A DNA stretch of 45,450 nucleotides from Orbicella franksi (Eukaryota), in the NCBI GenBank assembly GCA_964199315.1, contig OZ116705.1, positions 30,832,551 to 30,878,000 on the forward strand, written 5' to 3'. The notes under the pieces were generated by a model. The model did no database searches and had not been told where the DNA came from. It saw only the letters and a program-made list of their open reading frames with translations. This document shows positions 1-11,400 of the stretch, piece after piece. Every line of letters starts with the position of its first letter. Positions within the stretch are counted from its first letter, which is position 1. The translations under genes were made by a program, and so were the position numbers.

Positions 1-20
1 AAGAATAGTCTATAATCTAA

Positions 21-271
21 TTTGAAAACGCCGGGTTCTCGCTTTCGTGTGGACGGAAAACCTTTTTGAAAACGGAACTTTTCGAAAACGATGGTGACAC
101 GATAATCATGTAATTTCTCTGCCCAAGAGTTCCTCAAACACAAATCCAAAATGACCTGATGATTGCTGCGTTTTCAAATTTCTCCGGCTTAGTGTGAACG
201 GAAAACATTTGATGCGTTTTCAGAGTGAAACCTCCGTTTTCATATTCCTCCGACTTAGTGTGGACAGGTCC
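21..271 (-). mobile_element. PIF/Harbinger-type MITE, truncated at one end (same family as 29380-29779)
   Basis: Terminus on minus reads TAA|GGACCTGTCCACACT (TAA at 272-274). The body aligns with the complete copy at 29380-29779 (GGAGGAATTTGAAAA, GGTTTCACT, TTTGTGTTTGAGGAA blocks). Superfamily inferred from the 3-bp TAA target. Confidence 0.7.
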
Positions 272-282
272 TTAGTTCTCAC

Positions 283-1580
283 CTTGTGGTAGAAAGCAGC
301 TCCAGTAAGGACAATAGAAAATTCACACACAGTCCCCCTAGCATACCGCCACTCTTGATTCTTTGAATCCCAGGCATGAAACCGAGCAGGAATTCCCACT
401 ATTCGATCTCTTGCTTCTCGCCAAATTCTTGATAGAAAAATAGAAGATAACACTGCTTACAATGTTTTAGCCAGGGTTTAAATTGGGCTTTTCAAAATCA
501 TTAATAATTCATCAAGTTTAAACAAAGAAAATCATGACTGTGAGACAGTGTTTGGATATCTCATGTTATTAAGAATAGATTTTTGCGGTTTTATTTCTCC
601 GTTTTCTCTTCAGTTTAATCAAGCGATTGCGAGCGGAGATTCGTCTCTTGTATCTCACCGAGCAAGAAAGAGAATTGAAAGGAATCTCTGTTTCACAGGG
701 TATGATACCAGTGGATCTCCGCCCTGATAAAATATTGCTTTTCCTCTTTCCATTCCAAACCATTCGAACATGGTCCGGGGGGAAACTCCCATATAAAAAA
801 AAACAGGATGCTGGTCGGAATTTTTGAAAAGAACCCCCTAAGAGGTGCCAAGATACTGTTTTGTGGGCGTGGTTTGAATTTTTCTTCACCTCTAAGAAGT
901 ACCACTTCTAAAACAACATATTTTCTCCCGTCATATGTTTTTCGGATGAGTTTGAGAACATTCAGTGAACATTTGCGTTAATTTCATGAGGTGTTACTTG
1001 TAAATTTCCTATAGTAAGATAAGTTGCCTGGATCAAAGAAGCCAAACATGCAAAATTAGTGGAGAATTCAATCAGCAAACTATTGTTAGTACTGTACCTG
1101 AAACACAGAAGTATTTCTTCATGTTTCAATCTTATGTCATCATCAATGGATAAAATAGCATCAGTCTCAATAACATCGTATGGAATGAAACGATTGTTTA
1201 AACTGTTCTTGGCTACCTTCACGACCTGTTAAAAACAACAAACAGACATTTACTAAACACCAAGAACAAATAATGATAGTAAAAAAAATAGGTACCCAAA
1301 GGGTACTTGTGTGCTGGCTTTGGGAATAAAGGGAATGCGAGGGAATGTTATCAGAAAGAAAATGTTTATTGGAGTGCAACATTTTTTTTTCGTCATATAT
1401 TGAATTGAATAGTAAAGAGAGTTAGTTAGTTAGTAAGTTTTTGTTTTAAGGTTTTATTATTCCTTGTTTTCATTTTGATGTTTACAGCTTAGTTATTTTA
1501 TTAGTTATTTTAATTTACCCATGTTTTAAAATCATTGTAAAGCACTATTGGATAGCGATAGAAATAACGCTATATAAATA

Positions 1581-1614
<34 letters not shown>

Positions 1615-3783
1615 TTAACAGAACGATGCACATGCCCTTTATTAAAAGCGATCTGTTTATATGTAACGCAAAGACAAAAGGAGATAACGCATATAATGGT
1701 ATAAAATGTTTCCGCGTATAGTTTTGACGGTTAGATTGCAGAATGCCCGGCCACTACATATCTAAGTTAAATGAACTGCTCAGGCAGTCCCGCAGTCGAT
1801 CATGCTCTAATGCGTTACCTGTTGGTACAGATAAGTTGGTAAGATAACAATTATTTCACTTACATGAAGTGGCACCCCAATGTCAGGCCATTTAAGCGAC
1901 AAAGAAGGCGGCTCAAGACTGTTCCATACCACAACAACTTTATTAAGGTATTGTAACCCGACAAGACGCTTAATGGTTTCCATAAGCACCAGTTCTCTCT
2001 TGTACGTCAAAATGACAATAGTGAACTGTTCCACTGGGTAATTACCACCCAAAGCCTTGTTAAACTCTGCTCCTGCTCCGCCCATTCCATCCCCGATGAG
2101 TTCGAATCCTTTGCTGGAATTCTTGAATGGCGCTGAAGAAGGTAAAACAGGAGTAAACGGTGTGCTTGGAAACATTCTGAAAGAACCTGGAGGAAAATTC
2201 CACACATTGTAGGCATCTACAACAGTTGATGTTAAATTTCGAAAGAAAGTTGGAGATTCTAGCGCAAGGCTGCTTTTGGCATCTGGGTCTGGAGAGCTTG
2301 TAACAGGGGGCTTGGAATCACCGAACACTGATGGCGTCGGAGAAGCAGACACATGATGGGCAGGAATTGACAAGCGTGTTCTCATAGTAGCTAGCACAGT
2401 TTTCAAAATAACATCAGTAGTTGAAAGGTATGTCTCCCAAAGGAATCTGCCCTGTCGACGCAAGTCAAGAATATCTTCAGTTGTAATTGTTCTGAGTAAC
2501 ACGTTCAATTCAGGGAGCCGAGCTTGTGATAGAATGATTGCAGCTTTCCTCCAATCAATCACATCATTAAATGGAAGCATAACTTTGCTTGATAATATCA
2601 CTGGGATAGCTCCAGATTGTAACGCCTCAAGCAGCCGGATGTGACAACTGTCCCAACTGGAGCTGGCACCGTTTGATCTTACTATTAAGGTAAAAGTTGA
2701 TTGTCTAAGAACCTTTGTTCTGTTGTCGTGGCTTGCCCATAACAACCATTCACTAGTTCCCTTTAAATATTCCAATTTTGATAGATAAAGCTCAATTAAG
2801 AAGTCTCTAGCCTCTCTGGAAATATCGTGAAGTTGATCGCGTAGAATGGCCATTGTTTCTGTAAGATGATCAGCATGTTCTGCTTGAAAACTCAGCAAAT
2901 ATTTCCTTCTTGCTGGTAGCTGTAAAGCAGCAAGATGCCACACGTCTCCCTTGAGAGGTCCAATCGATGGTGGTACCACAATGTCAAAACCATGGCGATA
3001 AATTTTGTTACTTGAAAATGTTGATTGAGCAATCAAGGCAAAGCCTGTATTGATGGTAAGGGACAAAATGCTAGTAACATGTCTTCTGTCTGTTTTTAGG
3101 TGAAGAAACAAATGATTTTTGCCATTTCCTTTTCAGTAGGGCAATGAGTGTAAATCCGTTTCGAGGTCGCTCTTACTTTTCCGATGACGAGCAGGTTCGA
3201 CCGACCCTACAATCACTATGTACAAACAGGCTTTCTCTGGTTCCGCTGTGTAATAAGGGCTTCTTTTCAGCAACTGGAAAATTTCCGTGACGTTGGATTC
3301 TGAAGTAAGATTACCAAACGAACGCTTGTAGACGAACACTGGAAAACCTGAACTGAAAGAACATCTCGAAAAATCAAAGCAATCGAATAGTTGACAGTTT
3401 GAGGAAGCTCTCTGGTCTGGGAGTGAGCTATGATTGTCATATTCAGGTGCCGCATTGAGTTTCTCAGGCAGTTTCAAGTATGGTAGTTGTGGACAGTCGT
3501 TAGCTCGTACTTTGGCAAGTTTAATAAGCTCGAGCTCCCTTTCTGCCCGAATCAAAGCAGTTTTCAATTCACCAAGTCTGTCTTCTAAGGAAACTGTGTT
3601 GTCAATGGCCCCGTCTTGCTTGGTCCAAGAATGCAAATTAATTTGAGTGTTTCCTAAAGGAGCTCTCTCTTTTGCCAAATAATATTGAGTTATTAGCGTT
3701 ATCACAAGTGTATATAGCAAGAGAAAAGTGAACAGTCGCCCAAACGAAGAGTCTTTCAGTTTGTGCATTAACACATGCATCAT
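283..3783 (-). pseudogene. EXTL3: EXTL3 paralog (exostosin-like 3) with a premature stop; partial, remaining exons lie left of the window
   Basis: Exon 1 3783-1864, exon 2 1225-1098 (128 bp), exon 3 427-283 (145 bp). Exon 2 and 3 sizes, phases and GT/AG sites match the plus copy. In-frame TGA at 3135-3133 where the plus copy has TGG (9272-9274); the frame continues KGNGKNHL after it. GT64 DxD (SIDDD) retained. Pseudogene status rests on this one base. Confidence 0.8.
1440..1614 (+). mobile_element. LINE (L2/CR1-like) 3' tail ending in AATAAA + (ATT)n
   Basis: TTGTAAAGCAC...CGCTATATAAATAAAG followed by about 10 ATT units (1584-1614), in intron 1 of the minus EXTL3 copy. The family and the 5' boundary are inferred and approximate. 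Confidence 0.5.
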
Positions 3784-3903
3784 ACAATGAAGTTATTTCT
3801 TCTTGTTCTGCTGATGGAAAGAAGGAACATGAAGTATCACTGATAAATCGCTTGTCAAGATTGTTGCAATCAAGCCAGTTTGAGAGTAATTTTCACGAGA
3901 AAT

Positions 3904-3921
3904 TTAATCTTCCAGAAGCAT
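3904..3921 (-). promoter_or_regulatory. Short upstream ORF (MLLED*) in the leader of the minus EXTL3 copy
   Basis: ATG CTT CTG GAA GAT TAA, about 120 nt before the main ATG, within a 27-nt block that is 25/27 identical to 8335-8361. Confidence 0.5.
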
Positions 3922-6900
3922 ATTACATGAAGTAACACTTGAAGACCCTTTGAACTGAAAACTACAACCATGTCAAGTCAGAATTCCCTGTAAGACTGCA
4001 TGTTCCGTTCCTTGAGCACCATGTATTCAACTTGCAAGACCCACAAGTAGTAACTACAATGGCAACCAGTTGCAGTGTTAGTATTGCTAGAGATCTTTTT
4101 TGACAAAAACATCAGAAACAGTTGGCAGAATGTTTGGTTCTGTTAAAGTTGAATTATTGAAACATTACATTCAAACCCTTGAGGTTGTGTTGCATTTGCC
4201 ATTAAACAAGACATCGGCTTGAGTGATGTAATAAATCTAAATTGGTTACCCTCAGGTGAAATGACAGAATTGAGTTTACTGAAAATGTTTCGTAAACATT
4301 TGTACAATAAAGGTTTCTCAAAGCATTTAATGCATAACAACTGAAATTTCACACTTTAAAAACTGCTATCATCAGCTGCCTCTACATTGCACTAATAAGA
4401 GGGTTTATTTTATGGAGTCATACATTCCGCAAACTTTGTAATCCCTTCCAAGTTGCAGACCGCTTTTGTTATCTCCTTAAAAGCAAAATAACTCCCTTTC
4501 TAGTGGGAAGATTGTCATCGTAACCAATCTTTTGACAGTACGTAACAAATTCTTAACGATATAGTAGCTCAATAATTATCGTATTTCTCCTCAAGAGTCT
4601 ACAAGATCTTAAAAACAGAACAAATTGTTTCTAACTGCTATTCAGTATTAACCAGCGGACAAATAGTTTTAACGTCTAATGGGCCGTGTGCACAAACAAA
4701 GATTGCTTCAGATGCTCATATTATGAACCGTAAAAGTACAACCGTCAATTCCGCCCTGCGGACATTTCAGGCTGCTAGAAAAGAATATACGGTGTCTTTA
4801 GCGTCTGCAGCCGAACTGTAGGAAATGCCGGACATTATATGTAGCATCTATAGTGGGTGAAAAATCTCTCGATCTCCATTTTTCGACCTCTCTTTCGAGA
4901 ATGCACGATATCAAGAGTGGATATAACGGTGGAAAGTGGTCTATGGGTAGTGCTAGCAAAACTTAAACACTACAGAGTGAGAGTCCTGTGGTTTGGGGCC
5001 AAAATATTTAAATGCGACATTTCAAATGTTTTTTTAGCGTAATCAGTCTGCCATTACAACGAACTCGAAACTAAAAATGTAATACAATTAAAGCTTTGAA
5101 GGAAAGGATTTGTATTTCTAAGCTAAGCTCGCGTCTCCATTAAAGAGGAACTTAACGGTAACCTTGTAAAAGCTATTTTCTTTTAAGTCTGGTCGATTCT
5201 GTAACTCAGATGGTTTCTTGACTTGTATGTTATTTGTTCATTTTAGATCACGTGGCGTCTTCTGAAAGCTGGTCAGTCTCACTAATACATAGCAGCTATC
5301 AGCTTTCCCATTTGCTGCTACTTTCTATAAGTAGCAAGTCTTCGTTTTCATGGAGTAACCGGCTGAACATGTTCCAAGTATGGAGTTAAAAGCCTCAAGC
5401 GAGCACTTAAGTTTTGCATTGTATTTCGGAAGCTTCCACGCACAATATCGACACACCTATGTCATTTGCGGAATAAATTTATAGTGGTTCATTTTCGACT
5501 GAAGCAAGAACGTTCACCCACCCAAACACAATTATAGGAAAATGACACGTCCAGAAAGCGACCCGCTTACGCAAGTGCGCTTTCTTATAAGGAATATTTT
5601 CAATAGCAAATTGACAACGCGCGCCAAACGTTCACAGTGTGTGTCGAAAGCACTAGAAGCGAGCAATTGTGTCCGCCATAAGACGAGTGTTCGTCTAATG
5701 AGAAATTATCTTAGTTTTTATGAGTACATGAACATCTTAACTGCCTGCGGAACCGTGGATATTCGTCGAATAGAGACTTCCACTTACAGGAACCAATGCA
5801 GTGAGATGCGAACACGAGGAACCGGCGCAAACACAAGCTAAATATATGCCGGGCGATCAGAATTTTTCACGTTGCTGGTGACACTGGTTGTTAGAAACGC
5901 AAACATAATACCCAAGCTGGGCAAGGCAAACCACTACAGGGTTTCTGCAAAGCTGTTTTTTGTTGTTTTTCAGCTTTTTCACCGCCTGTTGCACTAACCT
6001 ATCTACTGAGGAGATTTGGAACGTTTTGGTTCCAATATCACCCACAGACCTAACAACAAACGACCTAAACATGTCAGGATGAAGACAACTGAACTGAATT
6101 TGCGCTTGAATTTGATTCGACAGAATGCAGAAGTTTAAGGCCTACAGCAGCTCTTTTTAGTGACACTTATCTTAAATCCAAGCTGGACTTACCTCGTAAA
6201 TCCGGACTACAAATTTCACGACAGGTTCACGGGCAGTCGGCTTACGCTTTCAAGCGCTGAATTATAATTACATCAGAATCTATGTGGTTCGGTTTTGAAA
6301 AATAATCACTAACCCAGTTCGTGAACTTGATATGAATATTTATTAATGTTGTACTTAGTGGACAGCCAAAAGCATATAATAGAAACTTTTATGGCCAACG
6401 TTTGAACATTCGCTTTTATAAATCTCGCAAATTTTCCTCTGTCTTTCCGAGCGCTATGCAGCTGAAATTCTTGTAAAAAGAGCACGAAAGGTGTAAATTT
6501 TAGCTTTTAAAAAGTACTGTAAAGAAACAGGGTGAACGGCCATCCAAAAAGTCTCGAGGAACGTAAACCTGTGTTTATCCATGCTCCGCTACTATCAGTA
6601 CGCCAGAAAACTACGAGAATAGACTATTTCCTTTCGAGCGTCACTTTTCTGTCATAAAAGGAAATAGTTCTGGTAGCAAGTTCCCATACTTTATATATTC
6701 ACAAATGTATGCAGAATGGAAATTTTATTAGTTACAGTGAGGGGCCTCGTCGAAAGAAAGTTCTATTTCCGTGATAAATTAGCACTGTTCAAAGGTGTCG
6801 TCTATTGTCAGAACAAGAGAGGTTTCATAGCTTATTGTATAAGAGACGGACCATTAGAAAAGTGATGGAGGGGGGAGGGGTGGGACTTTTTCGGCTTGCA

Positions 6901-6987
6901 GGAATTTTTTTTTTTCATCTGCAGGGCAAGAAAATCGGTCTGTAGCAGTACGTTAATCTGTCTGGACATCATGAGGAGAAACAGCTC

Positions 6988-7090
6988 ATAAAGAAGCAAC
7001 TTCTCATTATTGACATCGACATTTAGGGAAGGCTTTAACTCTTGAATGAACAGTCTCTTTAATTTTGCCATGAAAGTCAGTAACGACGAT
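6988..7090 (-). mobile_element. Penelope-like element remnant (C-terminus of GIY-YIG endonuclease)
   Basis: Translates as TDFHGKIKET/(frameshift)FIQELKPSLNVDVNNEKLLLY, matching the KIKE.L.I..LKP.LN end motif of PLE GIY-YIG domains (recognised from memory). Confidence 0.65.
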
Positions 7091-8310
7091 ATCATTTTCA
7101 ATTATTCTCACCGTCTCAGGAAAACGTTAAGCAGAGAACACTGTGAATTCGTCAAAGATGGCGGGTGACCTTAATTTTTCGAATCAAGTTTCGTTCGATC
7201 ACATCTTGGAAATAATGAGTGACAATCTCCAACTGCAAGAGTTCTTTGCCAGGATGTTTTGTCCCGCAGGCGTTTCGATATCCCGCAGAGTATCGGGACA
7301 TCTCCCGCTGAGGGAACAGGAGATAAAGAGCACGAACAATGAACCAAGTGCAGATTGACAAGAATTCATCAAAACAGTGGTAAAGATCAACCTTTTTAGG
7401 GGACTTGAACAAACGAACTGTGTATTCATACTTTCAGGGGAGTCCCCTAGGTGGTTTGCTAAAGAAAGTCTACTTTTCAGACTCTTTTCAGTTAATGAGG
7501 GAAACGGGAAAACAGTTATATTTTGCTTTGTTCGCATTTTCTGCCTCAATTAATGAGAGTATAGCGATTTCACCTTTGTATTGCGTCCAACGGAAGTAGT
7601 AAGATAAGAAATATGCGAACGCCGCACAAGGGAGGCACCGGAACTCTGCCAAACCGGAAGTTAAACGCCTTTCGATTGATTTGGGCTGCAAATGATGATT
7701 TCTATGGGGAAGGTACTTACTCAACTGCTACTTTCTTATTCTAAACACAATCAATTTTCCATGCAGACAATTGCAACAAAATATGCAATTGGCGATTCGA
7801 GAAAACAAGATATTCAGGCAGTAAGCTTTTAGGTCGCAAGTTTCCCGCCTGCCTCCCCGGTGTGTTTTCACGGGTGTTTACAATTATTCTGTACCAGTCC
7901 TTCGCGTCCATCAGATCACGTCTTCCTTCATTCAAGTAATCGCGCTATTTTGAAATACTGCTGGTGGAATCTTTCGCTTTACAGATACCGGTACTTTAAA
8001 GCGCAAAACAAGTTAATATCATACAGCAGACGATTGAAACTTGCGAGTCAAGTGGTTGGATGTTGCAAGGGATTCGTCGTGACGTGAAATCGTTCGCATC
8101 TTTTCAGATTTTTGTGGCGCCGATTTAGCTCACCGAGTTTTGAGTTGGACGGGTTCTGCCGATGAGTGATTGAACATAAATTTGGACAAATGCAACTCGG
8201 CTTGGTGACAAAGAAAGCAGCAAAGCCTTGTCGAATTCTTCCATGAAGAGCAGAGACATCTGGCAAAACTGTTCACTTTGGAAATTGTGATTGTATCATT
8301 AAACCCATTG

Positions 8311-8355
8311 ATGCCTTCAGCGATGTATTCGGGGAATATGTTTCCGGAAGATTAA
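8311..8355 (+). promoter_or_regulatory. Upstream ORF (MPSAMYSGNMFPED*) in the EXTL3 leader
   Basis: In-frame ATGs at 8311, 8323 and 8338, stop at 8353-8355. The last ATG..TAA segment is homologous to the uORF at 3904-3921. Confidence 0.5.
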
Positions 8356-8482
8356 ATTTCTGTCGAAATTTTGGATCGATTACAGCGAGTTTGACAAACA
8401 AGTAATCAATGGTTCTTCATGTTTCTTGTGGCTGTCGGCAGGACATTTTATTTCTTGTTAGCAGAAGAATTAACTTGGAGTG

Positions 8483-11400
8483 ATGCATATATTGATGTAC
8501 AAACTCAAAGACTCGTCGCTCGGGCGACTGGTCGCATTTCTCCTGGTATTTGCACTTGTGGTACCGCTAATAACTCATTACTATTTAGCAAAAGAAACAG
8601 TTCCTTCAGAGAGAAGTCGAATTAATTTTCAATCAAGGACCAAGTTAGACAGACCCGTTGACAAAGCGGATTCTTTACTTGATAGAATCGATGAATTGAA
8701 ATACGAAATTGAAGAACAGGAGAGAATCAAATTGTCATTATCTAATGAACTAAGACAGCTTGAGGGAAGGAAGAACGGGCTTTTAAAAGTGATTTCTAAT
8801 TTTTCTAGAAAAGCGGAGAGCGCAAGAACTCAAGCTGAACATTACCATGCTGATGTGATTCGAGCACAAAGGGAACTGGAGCTTATTAAACTTGCCAAAA
8901 TACGAGCTAATGACTGTCCACAGCTACCTCATTTAAAACTGCCGCAAAAACTTAATGTGGAATCAGAGGATGACATTAGCCCGGTCCCAGACCAAAGAAT
9001 TTCATCAAACTGCCAACTTAACAATTGCTTTGATTTTTCAAGATGTGCTTTCAATTCTGGATTTCCAGTCTTTGTCTATGAGCACCCTTTGGGTTATTTT
9101 ACTTCAGACTCTAGAGCCATAGATATTTTGCAGTTGTTGAAAAACACTCCATATTACACAGCTAAACCAGAGAAAGCCTGTTTGTACATAGTGATTATTG
9201 GATCAACAGAACCTACTCATCATCCGAAAAGTAAGAGCGAACTTGAAACAGATTTACACTCACTGCCTTACTGGAAAGGAAATGGAAAAAATCACTTGCT
9301 TTTACACCTAAAAACAGACAGAAGACATTTTACTAGTATTTTATCCCTTAACATAAATACAGGCTTTGCCTTGGTTGCTCAATCAACATTTTTTAAAGAC
9401 AATACTTATCGCCATGGCTTTGACACTGTGTTACCACCATTGATTGGACCCCTCAAGGGAGACGTGTGGCATCTTGCTGCTTTACAGCTACCAGCAAGAA
9501 GGAAATATTTGCTGAGTTTTCAAGCGGAACATGCTGATCATCTTACTGAAACGATGGCCATTCTACGTGATCAACTTAACGATATATCCAGAGAGGCTAG
9601 AGACTTCTTAATTGAACTTTATCTATCAAAATTGGAATATTTAAAGGGAACTAGTGAATGGTTGTTATGGGCAAGCCCTGAAAACAGAACAAAGGTTCTT
9701 AGACAATCAACTTTTACCTTAATAGTAGGATCAAACAGTGCCAGCTCCAGTTGGGACAGTTGTCATATCCGGCTGCTTGAGGCATTACAATCTGGAGCTA
9801 TCCCAGTGATATTATCAAGCAAAGCCATTCTTCCTTTTAATGATGTGATTGATTGGAGGAAAGCTGCAATCATTCTATCACAAGCTCGGCTCCCTGAATT
9901 GAACGTGTTACTCAGAACAATTACAACTGAGGATATTCTTGACTTGCGTCGACAGGGCAGATTCCTTTGGGAGACATACCTTTCAACTACTGATGTTATT
10001 TTGAAAACTGTGCTGGCCACTTTAAGAACCCGCTTGTCAATTCCTGCTCATCATGTGTCTGCCTCTCCAACACCATCAGTCTTCAGTGATTCCAAGCCCC
10101 CTGTTACAAGCTCTCCAGACCCAGATGCCATAATCAGCCTTGCGTTAGAATCTCCAACTTTCTTTCGAAATTTAACATCAACTGTTGTAGATGCCTACAA
10201 TGTGTGGAATTTTCCTCCAGGTTCTTTCAGAATGTTTCCAAGCACACCGTTTACTCCTGTTTTACCTTCTTCAGCGCCATTCAAGAATTCCAGCAAAGGA
10301 TTCGAACTCATCGGGGATGGAATGGGCGGAGCAGGAGCAGAGTTTAACAAGGCTTTGGGTGGTAATTACCCAGTAGAACAATTCACTATTGTCATTTTGA
10401 CGTACGAGAGAGAACTAGTGCTTATAGAAGCCATTCAGCGTCTTGTTGGGTTACCGTACCTTAACAAAGTCATCGTTGTGTGGAATAGTCCAGAGCCACC
10501 TTCTTTGTCTCTTAGATGGCCTGACATTGGGGTGCCAGTTCATGTAAGTTCTGTCAATAATGTTATCTGAACCAGGCAATGAGATATTGCTATAAAGGTG
10601 ATGACAGACTAGATATGACTCTCACAAAAGTGTGATTGTTTGGACCTTTATGGCATTGCTCTAACTACATGTAGTCATGGATGTCATTTAATCATCCCAT
10701 TAGATTTCTACCAATGTTTACTTTTTCATATTGCTTGTTTTCTGTTTTCAACAGGTCGTGAAAGTAGCTAAGAACAGTTTGAACAACCGTTTTATTCCAT
10801 ACGACGTCATTGAGACTGATGCTATTTTTTCCATTGATGATGATGTAGAAATGCGACATGATGAAATACTCCTGGGTTTCAGGTTTGTGTAACATATTTG
10901 CTTCAAACAACTGCTCATGTGCACATTGCACAGAGTGAAGAGAATGTAACTTGCTTTCTCCATAATCAACAGAATTTGTTAAAATTTTCTCTTATTCAGA
11001 GTTTGGCGAGAAGCAAGAGATCGTATCGTGGGATTTCCTGCAAGGTTTCATGCTTGGGATTCACAGAATAAACAATGGCTTTACAGTTCAGAGCATACCT
11101 GTGAACTTTCCATGGTCCTTACTGGTGCTGCCTTCTACCATAAGGTGAGAGTGAGGTATCAGCAGCTAATATCTCCTTACAGGAGTGATACATTGCCATG
11201 TAGACTGGTGAGGAGAATATATTATCACATAAACAGCTTGGGAAAAAAAGTTAAGTTAAAAGCCAAATTCTCCTTCGGAAAATTGTAAAAATGTATAAAA
11301 ACAGTAATGAAATGTGAAGGTGAATTAATCAACATGACACGAGAGTGGGACAAAGAAAAATTCTGAGTCCCCGACAGGAGTCAAACCCATGACCTCCCGA

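Noticed and set aside
3133-3135. TGA read as selenocysteine or programmed readthrough
   Set aside because: The homologous residue is Trp (a one-step TGG>TGA change), not Cys. The context TGA-AAA is not the TGA-CTA readthrough motif, and no SECIS can be assessed in the window.
7143-7724. Overlapping 64-116 aa ORFs and an AAGATGGCGG (YY1-like) motif as a hidden gene between the EXTL3 copies
   Set aside because: No recognisable domain or consistent exon chain was found. The region is compatible with promoter or repeat sequence.
8449-8464. NAGNAG splice acceptor just upstream of the EXTL3 ATG (similar CAGCAG near 3808-3813 on minus)
   Set aside because: The two sites do not align as strict homologs, and leader homology continues upstream through them. 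A 5' UTR intron cannot be supported without RNA data.
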